DNA of 64,000 nucleotides from Callorhinchus milii (Eukaryota): NCBI RefSeq assembly GCF_018977255.1, contig NW_024704743.1, positions 101,558,001 to 101,622,000 of the forward strand, read 5' to 3'. Shown piece by piece: positions 37,850 to 49,900 of this stretch (position 1 is its first letter; each line of letters starts with the position of its first letter). The notes under the pieces were generated by a model. It saw only the letters and a program-made list of their open reading frames with translations, ran no database searches and was not told where the DNA came from. The position numbers and the translations under genes were made by a program.

Positions 37850-40800
37850 CATTCCCCTCTCACCATTATCACTGCAAGCCCGCCAGATCTAGACTTCGGG
37901 GGCTAACCTCTCCTCCCTCATCCACATTCCCACACTCCCTGCCAATCCTCCCACTACTCCTTCCGTCTCACACATTCCTCTGCCAATTATCCCCTCCGCA
38001 CCGACCTACAAATATGTCCACTCTCTTTCTAACAAGGCTCTCGCCATCAACGACATCATCGTTGATGAAAACATTGATATCCTGGCCCTCATTGAAACCT
38101 GGATCACCCCAGGTGACACCTTCTCCCAGATTGAGGTCACACCACCCGGCTATACCTCCCACTATACACCATGTCCTAACCACGTCCTGGTGTGGCTTTC
38201 ATCTCCAGATGCTCACTTACTCTATCCCCCTACTCCTCCAGCTCATTCCCTTCCTTCGAGCACCTTACCCTCTACCATTTCTTCAATCTTTCCCTCAAAA
38301 TTCTCCTGATTTATTGTCCCCACAAACCCTCCCCCACCTTTAGCTGACATCTCCGCCCTTCTACCTTCCCGCTGTTCTGAACGCCTCCCTATCCCAGGCA
38401 ACTTTAACATGCACTTTTCCTTGCTCTACCTCCACCTACTTCTCCTTTCAACTTACAAACTTTCCTTCCACATCCACTCTGCCACCCACATTCATGGCCA
38501 CCCACTCGACCTGTTGATTACCCGGGCGGGGTCTCAGTGTCACAATCACCAACAAGAGCCATCTCGGATCACCATTTCATCTCTCATAACTCCTGAATCC
38601 CTCTCCCCACTGCCACCCATCTCCTACCGCTCCTGGAAAAGAATATCCCCGCACTCCCTCTCCGCTGCCCTGGAGTCATCTGAACTTCTCCCACTCCGGC
38701 CTACTTCCTGCACAGAGTTTTCCTCCTCGGTCACTCTCCTCCACAACTCCCTCTCCACCATTCTCGATGACCTGGCTCCCCTCACCTCCCAAACCACCTC
38801 CTACTCATGCAACTCACCCTGGTACACCAGCCACCTCCGCTCACTCAAAGGTCAGGTGCGTGCTGCCGAATACACCTTGCTCAAATCTGATTTAACGGTC
38901 CACTGGCAGACCTGGCTGGACCACATAAAAACTTACTGGTCCGCCCTCGCCACCGCTAAATTGTCCCTCTATTCCAAGGTAATCTTGGAGGCCAAGGACA
39001 ACCCCAGGCTTCTCTTCTCCATTACCAAATGGCTCCTCCGTCTCACGCCTCGCCCATCCTCTCCTCCAACTCTAGCTACGAGGTGATGCTGGATTTCCTG
39101 GAGACCAAAATCATGGGGATCCGTTCAGCCGCCTCTGCCCTCCCAACCGCCACCACCTCCCCATCTCTCCCTCACACTCCAGATCCTATTCATCCATCCC
39201 TCCACACATTCAAATCTGACTCTCCCTCCTCTCTCACCACCACTAGAGCCCACATGAAGCTCACCATCTGCTCCCTCAACCTCATCCGTACCCTTCTCCT
39301 TACCTCCCAGCTCCACCTTCTCGCCCATTTATTCTCAGACCTTATTAACATCTCCCTGTCAACTGGCACTGTTCCCCACCTCAGTTAAAACAGCTGTCAT
39401 CACCCCTATCCTAAAAAAACCTTCCTTCAAACCCATCCCTGCTCACTAACTACTACCCTGTCTCCAATCTTCCTTTCATTTCCAAGGTCCTTGAAAAAGT
39501 TGTTGCTTCCCAGCTTCTCTCCTTCCTCTCCTACCTTTATGAACCCTTCCAATTAGGAAGTGCTGTGGGCAGCACGGAAACAGCCCTGGTCAAGACATCC
39601 TGTCCATCTATGACCAAGCCTCCCTCTGGCTCCTCTTCCTCACTGCTGCCTTTAATACTGTGGACCACTCTATCCTCCTCCACTGCCTCTCCTCTCACCT
39701 TAACCTTCAGGGTTCTGTCTTTGAATGGTTCAGATCCTATCTCCCATACCGGCTCCACTTTGTCTCCACAAATCGCTTCTCCTCCAGCTCCCGCACCATC
39801 TCATGTGGTGTTCCTCAGGGCTGTGTCATCGGTCCCCTCCTCTTCAACCTGCACATGGTGACATCATCCGCAGACATGGGGGCATCATCCACATATACTC
39901 AGATGACACCCAACTCTATCTCTCTGCCTCCACCCTCAACCACTGATGTCCTGACAGATTGCCTGTCAGGCATCAAGTCCTGGATGTGAGTTAAATTTCT
40001 ACAGTTGAACGTCAGGGCTCTCCTGATTAACTCGCGCCAGTGCCTCCGCACCTCAGGCACTGGCAGCATCAGCATCCATGGATGCACACTTCACCTCACC
40101 AAGCCAGTCAGGAAGCTAGGCATCTTGTTCGACCCTCAACTGTCCTTTCTCCCCCACATCCGTGCCTTAACCCGCTTTCCCTTTCCCCACCATTGGAACA
40201 TTTCCCACCTCCGCCACTGCCTCACCCCTCAGGCCGCTGAAACCCTCATACATGCCTTCATTACTACCAGGCTCGACCATGCCAACTCCCTGTATATCTT
40301 TGTCGGCCTTCCCAAATCTTCCGTCCATAAGCTGCAGATCATTCAGAACTCTGCAGCTTGTGTCCTCTCCCGCCCCAGGCTCTGTGACCCCATCACACCC
40401 ACTCTCGCCCAGCTCCACTGGCTCCCCATTGCTCAGAGGATCAAGTTAAAAATTCTCATCCTCACCTTCAAGGCCCTCCATGGCCTTGACCCCTCCTACC
40501 TCTCTTAATTATTATTATTACCTACCAACCCCTAATCAATCTGTTTGCTCCCTCTGCTCAGCATGTTCCGGCCTGCTCCATTTCTCCCAATCGGCCCGCC
40601 CCACCATCGGCAGTCAAACCTTCAGCCTCTCTGCTCCCACCCTCTGGAACACCATTCCACATTCCCTTAGTCCCACTCCCTCCCCTTGCCTCCTTCATGG
40701 CATGCCTCAATATCCTCCTCTTCAACCGTGCCTTCGGCACCCTCCTATCCTCTTTGCCCTCCACCCTTCCTGATCCCACCCCGCCGTTCAGGACCTAATC

Positions 40801-40870
40801 CTTGACTACTCAGAGTCTTGGGACATCCTCCCGACGTGAAAGGAACTTTACAAATGCAATTATGTTTTGT
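37850..40870 (+). mobile_element. Degenerate L2-clade LINE (endonuclease + RT + 3' tail)
   Basis: THIHGHPLDLLITR, SPWYTSHLRSLK, GVPQGCVIGPLLF, YSDDTQLY, HAFITTRLDHANSL, LHWLPIAQRIKLKIL; tail gggacatcctcccgacgtgaaagg. Confidence 0.9.
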
Positions 40871-41019
40871 ATTGTATTAGTAAGACAGGAGCAGGTTCAT
40901 TAACATTATTGTACTTATGGTCTAATGAATTTGTATTGCAGCTTTTGCCAAGATATCTATATAGGTTTTAGTGTAGGGCGAGACAAAGGAATGGAGGGAG
41001 GGAGTTCTTGAAAGTTAGA

Positions 41020-41680
41020 ACAACAACAACTTGGATTTATATAGTGCCCTCCATGCCAGACGACGTCTCAGAGCGCTTCACAGTAACGGATCCTGGGACC
41101 GAGCCAGGGGGAGGAAGGGGAAGGTGACCAAAGGCACAGTCAAAAAGAAAGGTCTTCAGCAGAGACCTGAAAATGGGAAGGGAGAGAGTGAGACGAAGGG
41201 AGTGAGGAAGGCAGTTCCAGAGCCTCGGGGCATAGTGGCTGAAGGCACGACTGCCGAGGGTGGAGCGGAGGACTTGGGGGACGAGGAGGAGCCCAGACCC
41301 GGAGGAACAAAGGCAACAGGCACTGTTTTGAGGAGAGAGGTCTGAAGGTAGGGGGGTGCAGAGGAGTGCAGGGACTTGAATACGAAGGTGAGGATCTTGA
41401 AATCGATTCTCTCTGGGATAGGCAGCCAGTGCAGTCTGGCAAGGACTGGGGTGATCGGGGAGCGGAGTTTCGTGTGGGTGAGAATGCTGGCAGCAGAGTT
41501 TTGAATAATTTGGATTTTTTGGATGGTAGTGGAGAGGAGACCGACGAGGAGAGTGTTTGAATAGTCCAGCCAAGAGGTGACAAAGGCATGGACCAGGGTT
41601 TCAGCGGCTTTGGAGAGAAGTGTTGGGGGAGACGGGCGATGTGTCAGAGGTGGAAGAAAGCAGTGAGGGTGAGGAATCTG
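41020..41680 (-). mobile_element. L2 LINE 3' fragment (duplicated at ~55848-56520)
   Basis: AETLVHAFVTSWLDYSNTLL...LARLHWLPIPERIDFKIL on the - strand, with caacaacaac tail. Confidence 0.88.
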
Positions 41681-41919
41681 ATGTGGGGGAGGAAGGATAA
41701 TTGGTGGTTGGGGGGATAATAGAAGGATAATTGGTGGGATAATAGAAGCTGAAGACTTGGCTACAGATGTTGTGGGATGTGGGTGGGTGGGTGTGGGCAT
41801 TGAAGCAGATGGGACACACACAACATGCCCATAGCAAGCGAGCAGATTAGAATAGAAGATCACACAGGTAAGGAGGTGTTCAGCCATGAAGGGATTTATA
41901 GGTGAGTTTGACATCCTTG

Positions 41920-42925
41920 TCATAGAACCATAGAATTTTACAGCACAGAAGGTGGCCTTCGGCCCATCGTGTCTGTGCTGGCTCTTTGAAAAGAGCTATC
42001 CAATTCAATCTCACTCCCCCCACCCTCTCCCCATAGCCCTACAAACGTGTCGTCCCCAAATAATTATCTACTTCTCTCTTAAAAATGGTTATAGAATGAC
42101 CCTTTCAGGCAATGCATTGGATCCAACAACAACAACTTGGATTTATATAGCGCCCTCCATACTGGACGGCGTCTCAGAGCGCGGGGTGAAAAAATGTCTC
42201 CTTACTTCCCCTCTGTTTGTAACAACTATTTTAAATCGGTGCCCTCGGGTTACCGACCCCCCCCCCCCCAAGTAGAAATAGTTTCTCCTTGTTCACCCTT
42301 TCGAATCCACTCATAATTTTGAAAACTTCTATTAAGTCTCCTCTTAACCTTCTCTGCTCCAAGGAGAATTATCCTAGCTTCTCTAGTCTCTCCTGATAAC
42401 TGAATTCCCTCAACCTTGGTACCATCCTGGTAAATCTCCTTTGCCCACTCTCTCCAATGCTTTGACTTCCTTCCTAAAGTGTGGTGCCCAGAACTGAACA
42501 CAGGACTCTCGCGGAGGTCAAACCAGCGTTTTATAAAGGTTCATCATAACTTCCTGACTTTTGTATTCTATGCCCCTATTTATAAAGCCTAGTATTTCGT
42601 ATGCTTTTTTAACAGCTTTATCTACCTGTCCCGCCACCTTCAAAGATTTACTTATATGAACCCCCCGGTCTCTCTGTTCCTTCACCCTCTTTAAGATTGT
42701 ACCATCAGCTTATATTGCCTCTCCTCATTCTTCATCCCAAAATGCATCACTTCGCATTTCTTCACATTAAACTTCATCTGCCGCGTGTCCGCCCATTTTA
42801 CCAGTCTATCTATGTCCATTTGCAGTCGCTACTATCCTCCTCACTGTTTACTACTTTTGCTCGCTTAGTATCATCTGCAAACTTGTACAATTGGAAATTG
42901 TACTCCCTATGCCCAAGTCCAGGTC
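41920..42925 (-). mobile_element. CR1 3' fragment with nested short L2 tail (42125-42185); duplicated at ~56750-57535
   Basis: catagaaccatagaat tail and CR1 RT C-terminal remnants. Confidence 0.8.
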
Positions 42926-43474
42926 ATTTCTAGATTGCTGGGATGTCAGTGGAGCCTGACAAGAACTCGGGAGATTGGAGTTTGGTGCAGGTGAGGAAGC
43001 AGGAGCTGGAGTTTTGTATGAGCTGGAGCTTATGGCTGGTGAAACAAGGGAGACCAGAGAGGAGTGAGTTTCAGAAGTCAAACTCAGAAGTCAGAACAGT
43101 GTCAAAACAGCAGAGAGATCAAAGAGAACAAGAAGGCATAGAGAGCTGTGGTCGCAGATGCACAAGTTACATTTCATCACAACTTTGTATCTTCTGCAAA
43201 CCTCAGACAAGAAGTTCCTCACAGAGCAATAAATTTGTCAGTGCCACCAGCAAGACTAAATACCCTCAGCAGATTAAAAGCTCATCCCTTCCTTCTACCT
43301 TTGTTTCATTAAAAAAAATTGGGCACTCAATCCACAACTTATTAAAAAACTATTTTATAACCGATCCACATTTTTATTCATGTGGTATCTCCAGCTGCAT
43401 AGGACTAGATATTTCAGTTTGAAGAGACCCATATGTCAGGAATAGTAAAATGCCTTACCTAGACATATGAGAGT

Positions 43475-43763
43475 AATAATAATAATAATCCTTGCATTTG
43501 ATATAGTGATTTATCATGTCTTTGAGACATCTCAAAGCATTTCACAGAATATACTGTAAAGTAGCTTGACTGAATATTTTGTGGGCGAAACATTGCAGCC
43601 GATTGGACACAGCATTGTCCCATAAACAGTTGGGCATTGAGTGAGCAAATTATTATTATTTTTATTTAGGGATTTTTATCCCCGGAAAAGCGATCTGCCA
43701 ATCTACTAACAACTGGGTTCTTACTTACTGCTAGGTAAACAGAGGCATGTGGAATAAGGAAAC
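43475..43763 (-). mobile_element. SINE (long variant) downstream of copy A; duplicated at 58086-58374
   Basis: aataatccttgcatttgatatag...gctaggtaaacagaggc. Confidence 0.85.
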
Positions 43764-43961
43764 ATGCGTGTGTGCATGTGTTATTCCAAGCTTAATGAAT
43801 TGGGTTTAAAACTATTTTGGTCAATTAAAACAGTCAGATATTGTATGTGTGATAATGTAGTTTTAATGGTGTTTTTAATGGAGCAACAATTAATCAACAA
43901 AATGCAGCTCAAGCATTAACATACTTTATAGCCCAGAATATATATGGTAGATTTTGGTATT

Positions 43962-43967
43962 TTTATT
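43962..43967 (-). terminator. PolyA signal of copy A (equivalent at 58573-58578 for copy B)
   Basis: tttatt on + equals AATAAA on -, about 115 nt downstream of the stop. Confidence 0.6.
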
Positions 43968-44081
43968 ATCAGACATAAACAGCTGAGAATAGTCTCAGTA
44001 GTCTTGTCATTGGCCAGGACCATGAGTACAAGGCCCTTTCCAATGACAATACAGCTGAGACTATTCTGGAGCATGTTGTTC

Positions 44082-46126
44082 TCACTCGCAGGACATCATT
44101 CTGTCTGCAGCGTGATGACAATTGTCCCTCAATAGAGAATATGTTGAACCACCAGCTCGTACAAAATCTCCCACTGTTCTTCCATGCACTGGTGTATCTT
44201 CCACTACCTGAAAAATTAAGGTAAGTGTGAATATTATAATCTTTATCCTGATTTTCACTTTGATACAATCTTGACCGCGCTCTCGGCATTGTTTCACCCC
44301 CTTGCCCTTACTCCCTCAGCCCACATCCAGCTCGAGTGCTATCCCTGGACTGTCAAGCACCCTGGCAGGTCTTGCCAACATGAAAGGCACTGTAAAAATG
44401 TAAATTTGTTTGGTATTGATTTAATTGTCACATACCCTCCATCGATCTGACATGTGATTGGCATCAGTAACTACAGTCTGAGATGTGCGGCCAAAGCCAT
44501 CTCCTTTGTGAATCAGCCAAGATTCTCCAGTATCTGTTGTTACTCTGAAAGAGAAAAATAATTAATAGTAATATTAATCATTGCATTTGATGTAGCACCT
44601 TTCACTTTAGGAGGACGACTCACAGTGTTTGAGATGATTTACTTTAAAGTGTAGTGACTGTGAATTTGGATCAAATCATATAAATGCTTGCTGCCAATCC
44701 TAAGCAAAATTAGGCCTTAGAACCATTTCAAAAAATTTTTTACTGTAGCTTTACTGCAGTTGTGAGTAAAAAAAACTCACACCAAACACCTGTACTTAGT
44801 GAAAGCCTCTTCTGTATGTTATTTGTCTGGACTATCTCCTTTTTTTCTTTAATTGGGGTGACAGCTCTACTGGTTTATCTTGAAATGCTCACCAATAAAA
44901 TTGTCCCACAAAAGAGTGAGAATATGAAATAAGTTACACTTACACAGCAACTTTGACAACGAAAATGTCTCAAAGCACTTTACAAAAATATAATGGAAGC
45001 AAAGCAGGGTAGCAAAGTGTATGTGTGTGTGGTGATGTGGGTGGGGCTGGGGTTTGATGTCTATATGTGCGGACAAAGAGAGAGGTTTTTAGTTGGGCTT
45101 TGAAAGCAGAGAGTGAGGTAGCAAAGTTGAAAGATTTCGAAAGAGTTCAAGAGCAGGGCCAAGAAGTGTGTTTGTTCACTGATGATAGTCGGGTTGGAGA
45201 GTGGCATGAAACAGGCATGGCACAGTGGAGAGTAGTGGTTGGGGAATAAGACCACAGAAGATTGTAGAGGAAGAGTGGGGTTAAGCCATTAGGCATTTGC
45301 AGGTAGGGACAAGGATCTTAAATTGATTTCAAGGGGAGATAGAGAAACAGTGGAGGCAGGTGAGAAAGGGTGTAATGGGCTTTGTGTGGGAGAGAACATG
45401 GGCAGAGGAAGTCTAGATGAAATGGAGCTTGAGGAAGGCAGAGCTGGGGAGGCCAGTGATCAGAGCAGTGTAGGACAGGAAGGTATATCCAGATTTTTCA
45501 CTTAGGTTATTCATTGGCATAGTTTATCCAGAATCTTAATTGTGGGACATTCACATATTATATACAAATCTCCATTCTGTTATCTGCAAAACATATAGTG
45601 GTTTTGCTTGTGTGGGATAATCTCAGAGCATAATTGAGCTAACATTATCAATGCAGAATATCTACTTGAATTGGTTTACCTTACTCCTGAATGACTAATA
45701 CGTCCAATCTTCAAACGAAAAGAACCGTAAGGTCTCACGACCTTCTCAATTTTCACCACAGGTGTATTATACAGCCTGGTGAGTTCAGATTGGCGTGTTA
45801 TGTCATGGGGAAATGCCTCTGTTTGTCTTTGGCCTATAAAATATATAGTTTAATTCAGAATTATGAATTGTTCTCATTAATGCAAAACTCGCTCAACCAT
45901 AATGTTTGACAATGGGATCACATCACAGCTTGCAATTTTCACTTTACAATTATTTATTTTCAGAACAAAGCTTGCTTGAAAAGTGAGCATGTGGCAATTT
46001 AACAATCATGTCAGTAATAAATTTTGTTGTTGTAGTAGATTGAAGCAAATTGGAAATATTGAAATACTCACTAGAAGATGCATTAGCAGCAACAAAGCAC
46101 AGCACGAAAAGCAATATCAGCTGCAT
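44082..46126 (-). CDS. Secreted LRAT/PLAAT-like (permuted NlpC/P60) protein, copy A, 147 aa, 4 coding exons
   Basis: Exons 46126-46072, 45833-45680, 44544-44436, 44207-44082; GT-AG; phases 1/2/0; 444 nt. Protein: MQLILLFVLCFVAANASSSQRQTEAFPHDITRQSELTRLYNTPVVKIEKVVRPYGSFRLKIGRISHSGVRVTTDTGESWLIHKGDGFGRTSQTVVTDANHMSDRWRVVEDTPVHGRTVGDFVRAGGSTYSLLRDNCHHAADRMMSCE. Hydrophobic signal peptide; H66, H82, N135-C136. The gene model comes from the sequence; the fold is inferred from motifs. Confidence 0.85.
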
Positions 46127-46939
46127 GGTCCTCTCACAGTAAGTGCCTAATGAGCAGGAAACATAGTTAAACAAACACAACCAAATCTACCCAAATCTAA
46201 TTTGACCCTTGATTCCACTGATGTTCTGACCACCTACTATCAAGTTCTGAATGAGCCTCAAATGTCTTTATCCAAAGATGAATGAGATGGAAGCCATCCA
46301 CCTTGGGGCCTTCCAATGGTTCCTTGCTCTAACTTCCTCAACCTGCCTTGCCTTTCTCTCCAACTCACTGAACCAGGTTGCAACATTGGTATTTCATTTG
46401 AAGCTCAGCTCCTTTCCTCCCTTACATCTGGTCCCTAAACTAGACTGCTTTTCTGTATCTCCACCAAATGGTTCGTGTCTGTTTTTATCCCATATTCAAT
46501 GCTGCGGAAACACTCATTCATGACTTTGTCTCCTCAAGACTTGATTTTTTGAATGCCTTTCTCAACACAGATATTATTGAAGGTGCTGTCCTTCAGGTGA
46601 GACATGAAGCCAACAAACTGTCGGTCTGTTCTTCAGGTGGACATTAAAGAACTCATGACAGGATTTTAAAAATGGCAGTCTGTCCTGCTGTGCTGGTCAA
46701 CAGTCCTCCAGGTAAATGAATGAATCAAACATCTCATCGTTGTTTGTGAGACTTTGCTGTGTGAAATATACCTGCCATGTTTGCCTACAAATAAATCTCT
46801 GTAACCTGGCAATAATACTGTATCTGTAATAGATTTAAGATGTTTCTACTCAATGAGGCAATATTAACAAATGCAAATTCTTTCTCCATATACATCATAG
46901 AAAATCCTCTATTTGCTGAAACACTGAATGTGTATTGCA

Positions 46940-49900
46940 ATAGAATCATAGAATTATACAGCACAAAAGGAGGCCATTTGGACCATCGTGTCGTGACAGC
47001 TGTTTGAAAAGAGTTACCAAATCAAACCCATTCCCCCGCTCTCTTCCCATAACCCTGTAAACTTGTCCTTCCCAAATAATTATCTACTTCTCTATTAAAA
47101 GCTGTTATCGAATCGGCTTCCACCGCCCTTTCAGGCAATGCATTCCAGATCTGAACAACTCGCTGTGTGAAAAAATTTCTTCTCACCTCCACTCTGTTTC
47201 TTTTAACAATTATTTTAAAACAGTGTCCTCAGGTTACCGACCCACTGCCAGTGGAAATAATTTCTCCTTGTTCACCCTATCAAATCCCCTCATAATTTTG
47301 AAAACTTTGATTAAGTCTCCTCTTAACCTTCTCTGCTCCAAGGAGAATAATCGTAGCTTCTCTTGCCTCTCCTGATAACTGAAGTTCCTCAACCCTGGTA
47401 CCATCCTGGTAAATCTCCTTTTTACCCTCTCCAATGCTTTGACATCTTTCCTAAAGTGCCCAGCACTAAGCATAATATTCTAGCTGAGGTCTAACCAGTG
47501 TTATATAAAGGTTCATCATAACTTCCTGACTTTTGCATTCTAGGCCCCTTTTGCATTCACCACCATTCTCTGCTTTCTGTCTCCCAGCCAGTTCTATATC
47601 CATGCTGCCACTGTCCCTTTAATACCGTGGCTTTTATTTTGCTTACAAGTCTCTTATGTGGCACTTTATCAAACGCCTTTTGAAAATCCATATAAACTAC
47701 ATCAACTGCACTACCTTCATCCACCCTCTCTGTTACTTCATCAAAAAAACTCTATCAGGTTTGTTAGACATGATTTGCCTTTAACAAATCTGGGTTGGCT
47801 GTCCTTTATTAACCCATATTTTTCTCAGGAAAAAATTATTTTGTCCAGGATTATAGTCGCTAGAAGTTTTCCCACTACTGATGTTAGGATGACTGGCCTG
47901 TAGTTCTCCGATTTATCCTTCTGCCCCTTTTTGTACAGGGGAGTAACATTTGTAACCCTCCAGTCCTCTGACACCACCCCAGTGTCCAAGGAGGATTGAA
48001 AGATTGTGGTCAGAGCCTCCGTTATTTCCATCTTTACTTCCCTCAGTAACCTAGGATGCATCCCTTCCGGACCGGGTGACTTATCTACCTTAAACACCGA
48101 CAACCATTTTAGTGCCTCCTCTCGGTTTTTTCTTATCTTATCCAATATCTCTACCTTCTCCTCTGATACTGTGGTATTGGTTACATTTTCTTCTTCTGTG
48201 AAGACAGATGCAAAGTATTCATTCCGTATGTCAGCCATGCCCTCTGCCTCCACAAGAAGATTTCCTCTTTGGTCACTAATTGGACCCACCCTACCTTTGA
48301 CTAACCCTTTATTCTTTATATGCTTATAAAATACCATAGGGTTCCCTTTTATGTTATCTGCTAATCTTTTCTCATACAATCTCTTTGCCCCTCTTATTTT
48401 CTTTTTCAGTTCTCCTCTGTACTTTCTATATTCTATTTGATTATCTTCTGTATTTTGCACCTGCCATTTATCATAAGCCTCCTTTTTATGTTTTACTTTA
48501 ATCCCAATTTCCTTAGTCATCCAGGGAGTTTTGGATGTCCTGCCTTTCCCCTTTGTGGGAATGTATTTGTTCTGTCCCTGAACTATTTCCTGCGTGAAGG
48601 TTCCCATTGCTCATTAGCTGTTTTACCTGCCAATCTTTCTTTCCAGTCCACCTTGACTAGGTCGCTTTTTAACTCACTGAAATTGGCCCTCTTCCAGTTG
48701 AGTATCTTCACCTTTGATTGTTCCTTGTTCCTTTCCATAAGTACTCTAAACCTATTGATGTTGTGATCACTGTTGTCCAGATGCTCTCCTACTGAAACCT
48801 GCTCCACTTCATTCCCCAGAACTAGATCCAGCACAGCTTCCTTCCTCATTGGGCTGGAAACATACTGATCCAGAAAGTTATCCTGCACACATTTCAGGAA
48901 TCCTTCCCCCTCCTTGCCCTTTACACTGTTATTTTGTCAGTCTGTGTTAGGATAACTGAAGTCCCCCATTACCACTACTCTATTGGTTTTGCATCTTTCT
49001 GAAATCTGCTTGCAGATTTGCTGATCTATCTCCTTCCCACTATTTGGTGGTCTGTAATATATACTTAACAGAGTGCAGCTCCTTTTCTGCTCCTTAACCT
49101 TAACCAAATAGGTTCTGTTTCAGACCATTGCCTCTGTTTTTGGTCCCTTTCCTGGGCCGTATCCATGTCTTTAAACAATATTGTCACACCCCACTCCATT
49201 TTTTACCTCCCTATCCCTCCTGAATATATTGTAGCCACAAATATTCCCATTCCTGCCCTTGTTTGAGCCAGATCTCCATTATTGCTACTGCATCATAAGC
49301 CCATGTGGCAACTTGAGCCTGCGGCTCATCAATCTTATTTGTCACACTCCGTGCATTTACACACATGCACTCCAAGACTGATTGTGTCTTCTCTGCATTT
49401 TTCCCCTGTCTAATCCCTCCTTTATTGGACTAGTCCTTATTACATTGCTTTTCGTGGAGTCCTGTAGCTCAATGGTTAGAGCACTCATTTTGCAAGTGAG
49501 AGACCTGAGTTCAATTCCAGGCAGGGCAAAACCTTGGGCAAGTTTCCTTACTCCACACACCGAATAATAATCCCTCCAAAACCCAAAACAATAATAAATT
49601 GGTCATTTTCAATCTACGCCTGTTTGTGGGACATTGCTGTACGCAATTGGCTGCCACGTTCACCTACAAATATACAGTCAATTCACTTTACAGTGTGTTC
49701 TGTGAAGCGCTTTGGGAGGTCCTCCTGATGTGAAAAGCGCTATATCAAATGCAAGGATTATTATTATTATTATTCATCTCTCCCAGTCCTCTATGTAACT
49801 TGCTTCCCCTCCTTGATGCTGTATCCTGATTCCCTTCCCCCCTCGAAATTAGTTTAAAACTTTGCCCACAGCGCTAGTTAACCTTCCTGTGAGGACATTG

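Noticed and set aside
41690..41760. Short repeated units (ggataatagaaggataattgg), also aaaatctataactcc at 52270-52320
   Set aside because: Two- to three-copy low-complexity minisatellites with no unique spacers; not CRISPR-like, and the DNA is eukaryotic.
36290..41923. Many Pro/Ser/Leu-rich ORFs
   Set aside because: Alternative frames of decayed, C-rich L2 LINE sequence.
42943..43422. 159-aa ORF repeated at 57554-58033
   Set aside because: No recognisable domain or splice structure; its near-identity is explained by the segmental duplication.
45950..46180. 76-aa ORF read as a standalone small secreted peptide
   Set aside because: Only 46126-46072 is exonic; the remainder is read-through past a gtgagt donor.
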